Below are positions 38,643 through 52,922 of a stretch of DNA of 64,000 nt, piece by piece (within the stretch, counting starts at the first letter, position 1; each line of letters begins with the position of its first letter). Source of the DNA: Eledone cirrhosa. Lineage: Eukaryota. The notes beneath the pieces are model-generated. The model saw only the letters and a list, made by a program, of their open reading frames with translations. It ran no database searches and was not told the DNA's origin. The DNA is taken from the NCBI GenBank assembly GCA_964016885.1, contig OZ024740.1:241862001-241926000 (forward strand), in the 5' to 3' direction. A program made the translations under genes and the position numbers.

Positions 38643-41600
38643 GCTTTGTGCCAATGTCAGAAAAAATTATTTTTATTTTACATATCTTACATGCATAGAG
38701 TTAATATTAGAATTGTTCATCTATATTTCGGGGAAAATCACGTTCTTCAGCACCGGTAGAATAGAATACTGATGTTTACTTCTATTTTTCACTTAATATA
38801 AGACCAAAACACTAATTGTCATTTTATGCAGATGTTCTTTTAAATATTTTCATGGTTTAATATTGCTTTCAACAACACTAAATTTTTAGAAGCTACACAG
38901 TTGGTGTTATTTTGATAAAGTCTTATGACATTAAAATTAAATTATGCCCTTGAGCAATTCGTCTGATGTTCACATCTGTATTTTTATTACAGTGGCGTAT
39001 ACTGATATTTACTAACACCGTACCCCAGTAATGTAACTTGCACGTTTCAAACAGTAACCTTATAAATTGAATAATTACTTTTAAATAATACAGTGTATAA
39101 CCACACTCTACAAGCATTTAAACAGAAATAACAAATACCATTGGATGTCTTCCCCACAAATACGGCGTTTCATCGCTGCATACAATAATTGTTTCTACTT
39201 TTGGCACAAGGCCAGCAATTACCTCAGTGCACTACTGGTACTTTATTTTATCGACCCCCGTAAGGACGAAAGGCAAAGTTAACCTCGGAGGCAATTGAAG
39301 TCAGAACGTAAAGGGACATAACGCTGTCTGACGCTCTACCGATACTGACAATCTACCACCGCATACAATAAGGTACACACATTAGTCGTTAGATATCTCA
39401 GAGGTATCACCTTCGGTATCTTCATTTTCACAGGTTTCTTGTAGCATTTATTTTTTCTGCACTTAAATGTAATGCTAACCTCTGATTTTAGCGCCGACTT
39501 TTTATATTAAATTCATCGGATTATACACTAGTAAACACGGTAATTCTATACATATTTCTGTAGTCGATCGTAAAGTGTATTGAAGCAATGTCATAGTGGA
39601 TCGTGTGTATTTATGTTTTCTTTTCTTGAAGTTTAGAGTATCGCTTACTAAAATATGTGCCTTGTGTTCAGCAGGGAAGTGTGATGATTAGCTGAAAACT
39701 GTACAATATCGGTTCAAATGTTCTATACAATTTAGTTTCACCTCTTTGCATTATGGTTCAATAGAAGTCACATTTGCCGTTTATCTCTTCCTGGTTGATA
39801 AAGTAATAAAATAAGATTTGACGCTATCACTTTTCTACAAATAGCTTTATGCTAATCAATTTAAAAGAAATAATTTCTAAATAACTAAGTCAAAGAGTTA
39901 AACATGAACTGTAACACTCACTCATGTATTGGATAAGTGTTAAGAAGAGCTTTCTCACTAGACAAAGAACAAAATAGTATTCCATATATGCTACACGCCG
40001 GGTTATTCTTTTGTATAGCAATTTTGGAACACCATTTCATCAGTAACCGTCCAACTGTCCAAATGTCATTCGCTGTATATTTTATATTTCTTCCTGTGAT
40101 TTATTTAATGCCTTTCATATCATATCCTCAATAAATTATGTACACTTTCCAAGAGTATGTGACAGTTATCACCTGAATAAAGGATCCTAGATCGCATCCA
40201 ATAGAACGCCATTCATCTGATTTGAAAATATTTAATCACCAATACGCTTTAATCACAGGCTCACAGATAAAAATCGCTATTCTTCTTTTCTACCATAACT
40301 GGAATGGTCCCTTCTTGTATTGACTAGCTAGTGAAATACTCCTTTTACTCAGATCTATTTAACGCACGTCTTAAATCTGGCATTAAACACTTCACTCAGT
40401 CCTCTAAATCTTTCCCGCAACCATCGATCTAAAACTTTGAAACTGAACAACAACTACAACAGTTTCACCAGGGTGACTGGACCTGCAAATGTTATGGGGA
40501 CGACCCATCACTTCTGACTAATTTATATAAAATTATATATGCATATTAATTGTATTAATTGTATGGGCTAAAAATGTTTTTTAAAAAACAGTTTTAACAA
40601 ACAATATTATATACATCACATATTTACTTGCTCAAGCAATCCGAGAATTTTCAATAACGAGCAGTTAGCTGTCTTCAACCTCATACATACAAGGTGTGAG
40701 TAGTTTTCATTTTGACTGAACACAAATGTAGCTTATTTCTTTACATAGGTATACAAAAGCTGATGTTCAAAGCAACAGCAACAATATCTCTGGGGAGTAT
40801 TCAGTGAACTAATATACATATATAAAATGGTATGTTACAAATCCTATTACTAGTTGAAATTAGCGCAAAGGAACCAAGGTCAACATATATCACAATGGAA
40901 ATAGGCACTAATACATCTCAACGATTAATTTTGAAAATTGATTCAAACAAACACGCGGGTTCTAACTTCAACACCAACAAAGCTTTTCACTATATAACCC
41001 TGTCAAACATGTCGAAAGTTTTACATTATAACAAATTAGTACACATTGGGGATTTAAAATATTAATAGAGTTGGATTAGGACTATATTTTCATTAAAATT
41101 CCAATCAGTCGTAATTTCTTTGTGTCTATGTGTATGTGTGTAAAAATCTCCAATTTATGTTATTTTCTCTGTAAAGCAATGTCTTCTTAGCTTCCTGTCC
41201 TAAATCTTTTCATATTCAAGATATATTACACGAATATTAAATCGACCCAGTACATGATTGGTACTTTTATCGACCCCGAATGGATGAAAGACAAAGTTGA
41301 CATCAATGAGATTTAAAACGTGAACTTAATTAAATAGCACAGGTAATTTATCAATGTTCTATCGATTCTGCTAACGCACTACTTAAGGAACTGGATGTAA
41401 AAGTAGTAAGTATTGCTATGGGGGGATAGAGAAAGAAAAGATAAGTGCTGGCACTGAGAGTGAGAAAGAGAGAGTGGGGTGAAGGGTCAGACACTCATAC
41501 ACAGAGATAAATACACAGAGAAGACAGCCCATTATATTCCATAGCTAAATGAGATGAGCAGTCGGCGTATCATATAACCAACAGACAAAAGAAAACAATG

Positions 41601-42864
41601 TAATTTAGTTTGTCTACTATTTATATTTATTATGCTATGTAATATTTGCAATTTCATTGGAAATCAGTAACATATTTAGCAAATGGACAAAAACTAAGAG
41701 GAAAGCAAAATATTGTTGGGTATTATATGTTTATATCCTAAGATATTGTTTCTACATTTGGCACAAGGCCAGCAATTAACCCAGTGTATTTGGTGCATTA
41801 TTTGATTGACCCGTAAGGATGTAAGGCAAAGTTAACCTCGGCGAGATTTGAACTCAGACCGTAAAAACGCCGTAACTCTATGCTGCAAGGCATAGCGTCC
41901 GACCTGAATTAAGTATTTGTTGTATAAAACGAGAAATCATGTTCTACAGAAATGAATTAAAAACCTGTTTTATTTTCTGGTTGTATCCATTTCTTTTCAC
42001 TTTTACCTTGGATGTTCTACAATCTGATTTAGAATTCCCAGAAAAAATTAGTCCGAAGTATTAAGCGAATGTAAAGTATGAATATGTAAAATGTGGGTTG
42101 GAGATTCAGAGATTCGAGTTAACGCTTTTTTTTTCATTTCTCTTTGGTGTTATTTAATAACACCTACATGTATAATTCTTTTAAGTAAAGGGGTAAAAAC
42201 GCCTGATACTTATAAAAGAACAGAACTTAGGTAAAACGTATAAAAAATGTATTTATAGTGCAATTTCTTTTATAGATTATTTATTAGTAATATTTCGTTG
42301 TTAATCGTTCCAATATTTGATGCCACTAAAATTATCAAAATTATGATTTTATCATTAAATAGAATACCATCGAATAGAATTAAATATCTTTTAAAACCTT
42401 AAAATATTTTAGAGTTTCATGAGAACAAAATGGAGTGGCTTTGTTTTTGGAAGGTTAGACAATTTTGAGCACTATCTTGAATTTAAAGAGTTTAAATTAG
42501 AGTATTATAATAGAACTGTCGCAACATCTGGAAAATTATTTTACTGTTATAAGTGGAAAATATTAAACTGATGATCAAATAACTACATAGATCTTAACTT
42601 TAGTTAAGTATTTTTCAGTATGTAGGTACTTAACTACTTGAAAGGAATGTCGAGTCAACTTACGTTACAATTGTTTTCAATTACTTTTTAGATTTCATGT
42701 ATAATTGTTAATCTAATAATAATCATTTCTATTGTTGCAGTGTTTATAGGTGATGCTCTATTAAATCAATGTGTTTTGTCTAAATTACTGCTTTAGATTT
42801 ACCTATATGGGTGTGGCACATAGTGAGTGTTCAAAGTAATTTCAGAGAGAGAGAAGGAGGTGGG

Positions 42865-42900
<36 letters not shown>

Positions 42901-44296
42901 AGAGAGAGAGAGAGAAGAGAAAAGATAGACATGGTTACCCACAGAAAGAGCGAGGCTGAACAAATGAATAATAGAGAAATAATGCGATAGAGAAAATAAA
43001 AGCAAGCAAACACTGATATGTAGAGAGGGAGAAGGAGAACTAGAAAGTGAGATATCGGAATGACCTACGATGGATGTATCTCTGGCGTAACCATCCCGTC
43101 TTTTTTCTCACAACATTATTGAATGTCTCCTTTATATTTTATAAGTTGGTAATGACTTGTTTGAGGTATTTTAGCTGTTATTTCTAGTATGTCATGTGTC
43201 CACATAGTAGTGGTCTCATTTGCTAATAAATGTCAGGTAAGTGCCCCATTTCAAAGTTGGGCGCATCGCTTTAAAATAAGTTATTAAATTATTACAAACA
43301 ACACGTTTCACCCGGGAGGCCGGCGGTTGTTTATTATTATTATTTTTTTTTATTTTTGGTTGTCAAAATTAGGGTGCATCCTCGAGGACGAAGCGTCTTC
43401 CGCGCCGGGAAATACGGTACATATTTGTAAAATCATTTAGTCAAGGGAGAAAAGTAGCATTCATGGTTGATTATTTATTCAGTGCCTTACTAAATGGTTT
43501 GGCGCGGGGGAGGTGGAAGTTATCCTCGAACCGGAGACTTTGGTCTGAATACTTGCAATAGAGTAAAATTACCTTAAAGCACACAAAGACAATGTTGTGG
43601 TGTTAAAATTAGAAAGCAAAGCGTAAAAACGAGTACCACAACACGTCTAACCATTCTGCCAGTTCACAGTTCTGATTTGATACGTTATACTGGTACCATA
43701 AACGTACGTTTATTACTGCGGTTATTGTTCTACATCTTAATGAATAACTTAATTGGGTTGTTTTCATTCTATTCCGTTATTTTTATGGGTTATACCTACG
43801 CTTCCAGATTAGGCGCCATTAATAGACTTTTATCAAACCTACTCCACCTTTACATTTTCAGAAGAATAGTAACAAACATTGCCTATTTTTCTTTCTACTC
43901 TGTCGTTATCATTTTTGTCCTGAGTCATAGTAAATGTAATCTATCCTTTGGGACTTCTGTTTTAACATACTCAACAACTTAACATAAGTAAGGAGGAACA
44001 ATGTAACTGTTGGTGCCTTGTGATATAGAAAACCTTTCGTTATCTCGAAAATACTAGCAACAAAATATCTTTGTTATTGTTGTCATTATATTATCACCAT
44101 GATTTGAGGGCGGTGGATTGGCAGTATCGGTAGAGCGTCAAACACCATGCTTTGCAGCATAGAGTTACGGACCTTTACGGTTGAAATCCCATCGAGGTTA
44201 ACTTTGCTTTTCATCCTTACGGGGGTCTATAAAATAAAGCACCAGTAATGCACTGGAGTCGATTTAATCGACTTTCCCTTCCCCCAAATTACTGGC

Positions 44297-44345
44297 CAGT
44301 GCTGCTGTTGATGTTACACCATGAATAACATCAACAGCAGCACTG
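44297..44345. repeat. Perfect 20-bp hairpin with a 9-nt loop
   Basis: cagtgctgctgttgatgtta-caccatgaa-taacatcaacagcagcactg, at the truncated 3' end of a SINE. Confidence 0.85.
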
Positions 44346-44578
44346 AGCGTAGTAAATCAGTAGAGCATTGGACAAAATATTAAGCGTTATTTAGTTACAT
44401 CGCCTTCAATTTTCAGCTGGAGTCTACTTTTCCTTTTATCCGTCTGAGGTCGATGAAACATCTACCAGTTTAAGAGATCTATTTAACGTTTATCGATGTG
44501 TCGAGGCTAGAAATCATTATCATTCTAAAATGTAGCAAACATCTGTCAACTTAGCAGATAACTATACTCCTTTTAAAC

Positions 44579-44762
44579 CAACGTTTCTCAACCGGTGTTC
44601 CCCGGAACCCTACGGTTCTGCAAGAGGTAGTTAGGGGTTCGCGAGAAACAGTAATAAATAAGATAATACACTTAGATATTGATAATGGTATATGATAATT
44701 TTATGCATGATTTTTCTGAGGCATGAAAACTATTTCAAGGGTAAAAGGGTTGAGAGACACTG
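44579..44762. mobile_element. hAT-superfamily MITE
   Basis: TIRs caacgtttctcaacc / ggttgagagacactg (CAGTGTTTCTCAACC-type) with an imperfect 8-bp TSD ttttaaac / ctctaaac. Confidence 0.7.
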
Positions 44763-45503
44763 CTCTAAACACAGATATAGGAACTGATTTAACAAGAACT
44801 CCCTTGCGTTCAGTTGCAGTTGCATCCCAAACAAGGAAAAAAAATCATCACATCATGCTGATGCACCACAACAACTGATAAAAACGTTGCATTTGCAGAT
44901 ATATCAACGATTGTTTTCAGAGCGGATTTTGTAACACCAAACGGCAAAGTTTGAGCATTTTAAACTAACGAAGGAAACTAAATCAAATATATTTAAGAAT
45001 AGACTGATGGAATCTTTTTAAGCACAATTATAATTACACGTGTAACTTGAAAAACACTAAAGAACGGCATACGGCTAAACACACAAACTAGTTTTTGGAA
45101 ATGGCGGTTTCTTATTGCAATTTAAAATCCAGGCCAAACAAGAGTTTTTGCATTGCTGGACCTTACTTCAAAATCTGAGATACTCGGAAAATGCAACTAC
45201 GAACGGAAATACATTCACATATATTTATCGAAGTCGCATTCAATGTACTAAAACATACTGACAATCTCATCTAGGCACCTGTAAATGTCAACTCAGAACC
45301 TTATATTTAGACTTCATATTTAGCACTTAATTTCCACGCCTCGTACAATCATATAGTCATTGCACGCCCAGCTCAATTCATCCATGTTCACTGAAGCCTC
45401 AATCAACGAATATGTTTACTGTGCATGCTATTTTCTATCTATCTATTTGTCATTTTATTTATCTTATATATATATATATGTGTGTGTGGGGGGGGGGGAT
45501 GTA

Positions 45504-45564
<61 letters not shown>

Positions 45565-45717
45565 TGTCAAGGGTTTATGTAGAATAGCTAAAGGAAAAAG
45601 AGCACTCTGTGCTATGTTCAGCCAAATATTATTATTAATAATTTTTCAACAGAATTGCCTAGTACATAAGGTTTTAAATCATAATGAGCAAAGAACTCTG
45701 TTGAGAAATTATTCATA

Positions 45718-46030
45718 TATCATCATCATCATCATCATAACCGTTTTACGTCCGTTCTTCCACGCTAGCATGGGTTAGACGGTTTGTCCTGCTGTGGGCA
45801 GTGACCGGTCGGCTGACCTTGTCTTGCGCATACGGGAACTGACTCTGGCTTGATTTCTGCAGCTGGATGCCCTTCCTAACACCAACCTCATTTACAGTGA
45901 GTGCTGGGTGCCTCCACGACCACTTTGCAGTGGAATGATAGGGACTCCAGTCCTATCATTTCATTTCTGAGTAAACTGGAGCAATGTGAAATAAGGTGTC
46001 TGGCTCAAGGAAACTACACGACCGGGTTAC
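45718..46030 (-). mobile_element. CORE-type SINE with a (GAT)n tail
   Basis: Minus strand has ccttgagccagacaccttatttcacattgctccag (CORE-like), ggttggtgttaggaagggcatccagc and a terminal (GAT)n. Confidence 0.55.
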
Positions 46031-46111
46031 GTGTTCTATATATTTTATATATGTATATAACTTTAATATAGATGAGATTCTACAGGACTAGAACACATAT
46101 ATATATATATA

Positions 46112-46634
46112 AATAAGAGGGTGTTAAAGTTTGCTTGAAGCATTGTGAAATGTGTAAAATACGTAGTTTAGAAAGCCACAACAATGCAGAGGGAAATCTC
46201 GAGGTAGGAAGTGAATGATAAAATACGTGAAATAGGAGAAAGTGAAAGTTGAGAGAGACAAATGAAAACAAAACAAAGGTAGAAGGGTTACCGTAGTGGA
46301 GATTTAATCCCAATATTTCGGGCTCACGCCCATCAACGGGGGTAAGTTCCCAAAAGGGGGGGAACAAGCTAAGCTGGAGAAAGTTGTGATTTAACGACAT
46401 CACAACTTTCTCCAGCTTAGCCTGTTCCCCCCCTTTTTGGAACTTTCCCCCGTTGATGGGCGTGAGCCCGAAATATTGGGATTAAATCTCCACTACGGTA
46501 ACCCTTCTACCTTTGTTTTGTTTTCATTTGTGTCTCTCAACTTTCACTTTCTCCTATTTCACGTATTTTATCATTCACTTCCTGCCTCGAGATTTCCCTC
46601 TGCATTGTTGTGGCTTTCTAAACTACGTATTTTA
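46112..46634. mobile_element. Fold-back element (family E) with a hammerhead-like variant
   Basis: Arms 46155-46390 / 46399-46634 (~236 bp), 43-nt tail containing CACAATGCTTCAAG (minus), TA flanks. TTGAT-GGGC GTGA GCCC-GAAA at 46453-46473. Confidence 0.7.
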
Positions 46635-46643
46635 TATATATAA

Positions 46644-46719
<76 letters not shown>

Positions 46720-46724
<5 letters not shown>

Positions 46725-47045
46725 TAGGATTTAGCATCAGGCATATCTTATAAAGATATGTATAGAAATTTCGTATTTCTAAAAACACACGGTATGTTTA
46801 TGGATAAACATTTAGAAATCCATAGCTATGCAACAAAACACCGGGGCTAACGCTCTCTGGTGGTGTCCACCAGAAGCAAGGGGGACAATCGACGATGCAA
46901 TTCGAACTTAACTGGTTCCTATCAGGACGATCCCTACCACTCTGGCGACTTCTGGACGTGAAAACAGTCGAGAATATATAGTTTTCTCGTCTGTGTAATT
47001 GAGGTGATTAATCTCATTTGCATATGAAGCTGCTTAAGTTGGCTT
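46720..47045 (-). mobile_element. Circularly permuted copy of the retrozyme-like monomer
   Basis: Same blocks as 33285-33626 but in B-A instead of A-B order. Degenerate hammerhead at 46888-46932 (-): ATCGTC CTGATAG GAAC cagttaa GTTC GAAT TGCA TC GTCGAT. Confidence 0.65.
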
Positions 47046-48362
47046 AAATATATACCAATCAAATGTGTTCGTTTCAAATAATAATTGTTTCTATTTTTGG
47101 CACAAGGCCAGCAATTACCCAGTGCATTACTGGTACTTTATTTTAGCGACCCCGTAAAGATGAAAGACTGTTAACCTCGGTGGGATTTGAACTCAGATCG
47201 TAAAGAGCCGTAACTCTATGCTTCAAAACATGGCGTCCGACCCTCTACTGATATTGTCAAACCACTGCTCTTTCAATTAATAATTGTTTCTACTTTAGGC
47301 ACAAGGCCAGCAATTACCCAGTGCATTACTGGTACTTTATTTTATCTAATACCCATACGACACATTTTTATTTTAAGATTATTAAAGAATGTTTTGAGGC
47401 AACCTAGTCTGTGCTCGTATCTTATATTTAATCATAATGATGTGCTTCGTGTTTTTCTGGAATCCCATGTTACCCTAACTAGATTAACCCAACACACAAA
47501 TTGCATTCTTTATTTCATTTCTAATATTATGCCCTTGACGGTTGAACTGATTCAATTAATTTAGTCTATTTTTTAAATAATAACCTATATTCCCTGATCA
47601 TTTCCCATTATCTATGAGACATTCTTTAAAAGTTAAATAGAACTTGCCGTTGTTTCGGGTTATCAAGATTACCCGCTAATTTATAAAACAGAAATGAAGT
47701 CTGCACTCTAGAAAGTATATTCATTTCTATCTATTTTCCCACAGACTACAACTTATTTCTCTTACGTATCCTAGACAACGCTTTTCATTGTTTCCACAAT
47801 TTACTTGTTTTTAAGATAAGCGATGTTTTTTTTTTTCATCATCAAGTTCTCAGGTAATGGGATCGTAATTTTATTCCTCCTTTTCGTCCTTTATATTTTT
47901 CTTTGGTGCACTGCTGACAGAGATGTAATTTTAGTTACTACAGTTCAGTCATTTTAAATATTGTTGATATTGTGTCCTTGTATGCTGACGTCATTTTATA
48001 GCCTATATATGAGAGAACGTCTAATGTCATTTTTAATAGTATGATTTCACAGCACCTTTCAATAATAAGATAAATAAAGTTGTGTAAATGTAGGCTTAAA
48101 ATAGATAAAATATGTAGGGCTACTTATGGCAAACTAAAACCTCGGCCTGTCAAAGAGTAACCTTCTGTACATATAATCAAATAGAACATTTTAGCATTGA
48201 ACTCGAGAGGAAAACTATTCTACTATTCGAACTGTTCTAATTTAACAGTAAAGGAATTGTTTTAACGAAATACCTACTTGAATATTGTAAGCTCCATATA
48301 AATAGTAAAACATTATAAGTAGTTCATAAGTCTACTAAGACCGAAGCATGCCCATTACTTTC

Positions 48363-48622
48363 TTAAGTTGGCTTTAAACCTGAATAATTTTGATCAGCTG
48401 ATCTTTTAGGAGTTATGTCCCTTACACTTTGTTTTTTATATATTTTAAACATCTCCAGAGATAGTTTTTGTTTAGTAATTATTTGGATAAGTTCAGTTGA
48501 TAGAAGGTTTTTAACTCCATTGGGATTCATATGTGATACCCTATCATATTTGTAATTAATATGCATAACAGTCTCATTGGGTATTTTCCTTGAGCCACAT
48601 CTTTTATTTAAAAGTTGGAAAT
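48363..48622 (-). CDS. Candidate terminal exon of the VWA-domain gene
   Basis: Acceptor ctgatgttacag is phase 1, compatible with the exon 51484-51537 donor. It is followed by ~85 open codons (YFQLLNKRCGSRKIPNE...GLKPT*) in AT-rich DNA. No homology evidence. Confidence 0.4.
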
Positions 48623-49559
48623 CTGTAACATCAGAATAATTAATCAGCATGATGTTATAGATTCATTTCATTGTAGGAAATAATCAATTAATAACAGATT
48701 AGACATTATATATTAAGGACTAGGGCAAAATACCAAGAGACTTGCTCTGAATTAGGTCGCTGCTAATAGCCTTAATATAGCAAGTTTAGAAATTTGATTA
48801 ACTATCATTACAACAATAGTAAGAAAGAAGAAGGATTATCTTAATGATTAATTCAGAGGAAACAAGCCTAAAATTTAATTAAGAATATATGCGAGTGAGT
48901 CTCCTCTTGGTAGTACAGTGACAACTTCAGACATCTCTATTTTATTAGACCTTCTCAGCTAAGCATAGTCTTTATTAGTACTGCGTTTACACTAATCAAT
49001 TACTGTGGGTATTTTTTGTGTTTATAAACAAAAGGGAGTTAATCCTATTTATGCCCCTTCACAAAAATGGAAAAAATATGAAACACTGGAGAAAATTTAC
49101 TTTAAAAAGGTTTATCCAGTAAAACGTGGGTCTCATATTCACTTAACATAATAGAAACCAGGCATTAAGCATCCGATCGTTTGTGGCTTATGAAAAAATT
49201 CACCAGGAAGATAAACATGATATAGAGACAGAACATATTTAAAAATAACTAACCTCTAAATAATCTGTTGTAGTTGACCAGTGAGATTACTTAAACGTAA
49301 CATATTATCTGTGATTCAGATAAATATTTAAGGCTCGTTCATGAAATAATGGGAGCTTAGATCGAATAGCGTGGTATTATATCAGTAATGCGATGTGGTA
49401 TATCAGTAGTAAAGCGTAGTAGTGTATCAGTAAGTCGGGTATATAACCGGCGTAATGTGTAGCCGTGTCTCATGAAATCATCTAACATAGATTTTTAATC
49501 ATCTGGCATTGAGTTCTAATCATTTATTCAAAATAAAAAAATAAAAAAAATAAAAGCTG

Positions 49560-50528
49560 GAAAGGTTCTTAGTGGTGGCATTTCAGAGTTGTTTTCATTA
49601 TTTTCATGAACAGGATTGATATGAGCAACAGGGCTGCAAGTGATATCATGACTGGTAGATGTAAGATCTGTCGGCTGGAGTTTGCAGGCGACATGGTGTT
49701 ACTTAACTCGACAGAAGGGTATCTCCGACTTGTACTCGATAGGTTTGATGCCGAGTGCTACATTACTGGAATGAAAATCAATGCTGCGAAAACTGAGACA
49801 CTCGTCCTCTTAAGGAAGCCTGTGCAGTGCCCACTACATGTCAATGGAGTTCCCCTGAAGCAGGTGTAGAAGTTCAAGTACCTCGGGACGAGTGATGGAA
49901 TGCAGGGGGCTGAATTAAATACAAGAATTGCAGGAGCTGGTGCAGTAATGCATGAGCTTCAGCATTCGGTAATCAGAAGGAATGTAGGTGTGAAAACCAA
50001 ACTCGGTATTCGTACTAGCTCTCACCTGTGGTCAGGGATCTTGTGAAATGACCGAAAAAATACGATGGCGAATAGAAGCGGCCGATATGGGATTCGTCCG
50101 AAGGGTCTTCGGAGTAAGGTTACTCGATAGGGTGCGTAGTTCGGAGATCATATAGACACTCCAGATAGAGCCACTACTTCTCCGAATTGAGAGATCACAG
50201 CTCCGATACTATAGGCATGTGGTTAGAATGTCTCAGGAAAGAATCCTTGGACAGATTTTACAGGCAAAACCAATCGACGGGAGACCCGGAGGCAGACCCC
50301 GAACAAGATGTTTGGATAACAGCCACGAGCTTGACTGGTCTCGCTTGATGATCCAGCCGGATCAATTGGAGACGGTTGCTTCTGACCCAGATATAAGGAG
50401 GTGGATGAGGAGGAGGGGGGAGGGAGAGGATGAGGATGAGGATGAGGAGTAGGAGGAGGAGGAGGAGGAGAAGAAGAAGAAGAAGAAGAAGAAGAAGAAG
50501 AATAAGAAGAAGAAGAAGAAGAAGAAGA
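49560..50528 (+). mobile_element. Decayed RTE-clade LINE RT/3' fragment with a (GAG/AAG)n tail
   Basis: Remnants FAGDMVLL, GMKINAAKTE, KFKYLG and GRPGGRPRTR. The 3' DNA matches 4700-4790. Confidence 0.8.
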
Positions 50529-51483
50529 ATGTTGCATCTGTGAACTTGAAGCATACCAATTTCGATTAAGACTGTGAAATACTATGAAATAAGAAAGCAT
50601 TCTTGTTGTTGAGGTTGTTTTTTCACGGGTCAGTCCCGACCGAATAGACAGCGTTCTAGTTGTGACTATCCTATCTTTTCACGAGTATCAAATATTACAT
50701 TAACTAATGATTCCTTTCCTTCTTGAAAATTTAGGGTGTAATTTGTTGGAGATTGACTACTATTTCTAGCATATGATGCGATCATATAGAGACTCCACTC
50801 CCTCATTTGTTCAGGTTCTCAATATTTTTACTTAGAGATAGATGAACGGTTTAGATTTCAGAAAAAAAAGTGGTTTCTTTATTGTATAATATAGTCCATT
50901 TACCTGAACAGAGACCAGTAAAAGAATAAAATAGTAAGGTACATAATTACTCAAGAATAGTATTTGAGATATAATAGTGTGGAAATAAATAGGGTAAAAC
51001 ATTACACAACAATAAGAAAAACAATAACGCGTACAAATTGAAAGGTATTGCAATTTTGTAAATATAAATAATTCCATATGCTGTGGGGAAAAGAAACGTA
51101 TTTACAAACGTTTCAAACAAAGCCTTTCAATACCGCTCCCGCCTTCTTCAGGAAAAATGAACATGTAAAAATTAATTGTTTTCGATAACAGACAACCACA
51201 AATTTTGTCAGACTTATATTTAAGAACAAACTATAAGATCGATAACGATTTTTAGAAATAATTGTTTCTTCTTTTGGCACAAGGCCAGCAATTACCCAGT
51301 GCATTACTGGTACTTTATTTTATCGACCTCGTAAGGATGAAAGGCAAAGTTAACCTCGGTGGGATTTGAACTCAGAATGGCAAGGGCTGTAACTCTATAC
51401 GTCAAAGCATGGCGTCGACCCTCTACCGATACTGCAAATCCACCGCCCTTTTTTTTAGAAATAATGGTTGATATTATACTTAC

Positions 51484-51537
51484 ATCGGACTTCTGTAGGG
51501 TATTCATTCAATCCCATGGCAAATTGTAAATCCATTT
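51484..51537 (-). CDS. 54-nt phase 1-1 exon of the VWA-domain gene (EMDLQFAMGLNEYPTEVR)
   Basis: Acceptor ttattaaacag, perfect donor GTAAGT, open frame, phase matches the donor of exon 54732-55170. Confidence 0.6.
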
Positions 51538-51604
51538 CTGTTTAATAAACAGAGAAATTAAATATAAATTATACACTCACATACATCAAATATATATATA
51601 TATA

Positions 51605-52157
51605 TAAATATCTATAAGTCGTTTGGAAGCCTCGACAATGCAAATGGGTAAATCTCCGGGTAACAAGTGGTGGTGGAGAGAGAGATATAAGTGGGTGTAC
51701 GTTGAGATGCGTGGTGTGTATAAGATGTGTGAGATGTGTAGAATGGAGGGAAGAGTAAAAGGATAAAAATAAAAATAACAACACAAGAGAGAGTTACTTT
51801 GGGAGAGATTTAATAGTCCCTATATATTTCGGATTCACATCCATCAACTGGGGGTTTTTTCCGGGGTGGGGGAAAAGGTTGTCTGTCGGACAAGTCCGGA
51901 CGGCGTCTTTCGCTGTTTGCTGATTTGAATATCTGAGGTATTCGGGAGAGCGCGCGTGCGCGTGAAATGGGGTTGGTCGTACAAAGGTCAGCGGCCGAAT
52001 GAGGGAGTGGGATGGCGCTAGCTGTCAGTCCATTCTCTGCCTGTTTGTTACCTTGTTACCCGGAGATTTACCCATTTGCATTGTCGAGGCTTCCAAACGA
52101 CTTATAGATATTTACTTATTGTTCCACAATGCTTCAAGCAAACTTCAATACTCTCAT
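51605..52157. mobile_element. Fold-back element related to family E (arms ~60 bp, ~390-bp spacer)
   Basis: ~51606-51666 is mirrored at ~52052-52113. The tail has CACAATGCTTCAAGCAAACT as at ~46127-46146. Minus-strand TTGAT-GGAT GTGA ATCC-GAAA at ~51827-51847. TA flanks. Confidence 0.65.
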
Positions 52158-52451
52158 ATATATATATATATATATTAATAAGAGGAATTCAAACTTTGTC
52201 TGATTTACTCGTTTTATTTACTATCCTTTAAAATTTATAATGAAATAGTATGATAGAATATTAAATGTTAAGTGTTAATTGAACAAGTACTTTCATGCTT
52301 TCGCAATCTTCAGGTTCATAATGTGTGGTGACAGTCAAGTTTGCAATTTTCAACTGTAATGAGATGGGTAAATTGTGTACCTTATATACAGTGAAAAGTG
52401 GCTCCAGAATGCTAAATCTTGCCAACATGTCTGGAAAGCAACAAATGAAAT

Positions 52452-52525
<74 letters not shown>

Positions 52526-52922
52526 GGAGGAAGTTATAATTCACTTGAAGCATTGTGTAATGAGGTATAAACGTTTGTATATGTATAATAAAGCCAAAAC
52601 AATGCAGGTATGGACATAGAATAAAGAATACAAATGCAAAAGATGTTGTTGACAATTAGTCTTTTACCTTAGATTTATTTAAATATTCTTAATTTTCGAG
52701 ATAATATATCTTCTTCGGAGGGAAGTAAAGCGGTTAAACCAGTGTTAGAACACTGGTTTAACCGCTTTACTTCCCTCCGAAGAAGATATATTATCTCGAA
52801 AATTAAGAATATTTAAATAAATCTAAGGTAAAAGACTAATTGTCAACAATATCTTTTGCATTTGCATTCTTTATTCTATGTCCATACCTGCATTGTTTTG
52901 GCTTTATTATACATATACAAAC

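Noticed and set aside
43300-43420. GC-rich segment ending aaatacggta, resembling a Tc1/mariner-pogo TIR
   Set aside because: No matching opposite TIR was found.
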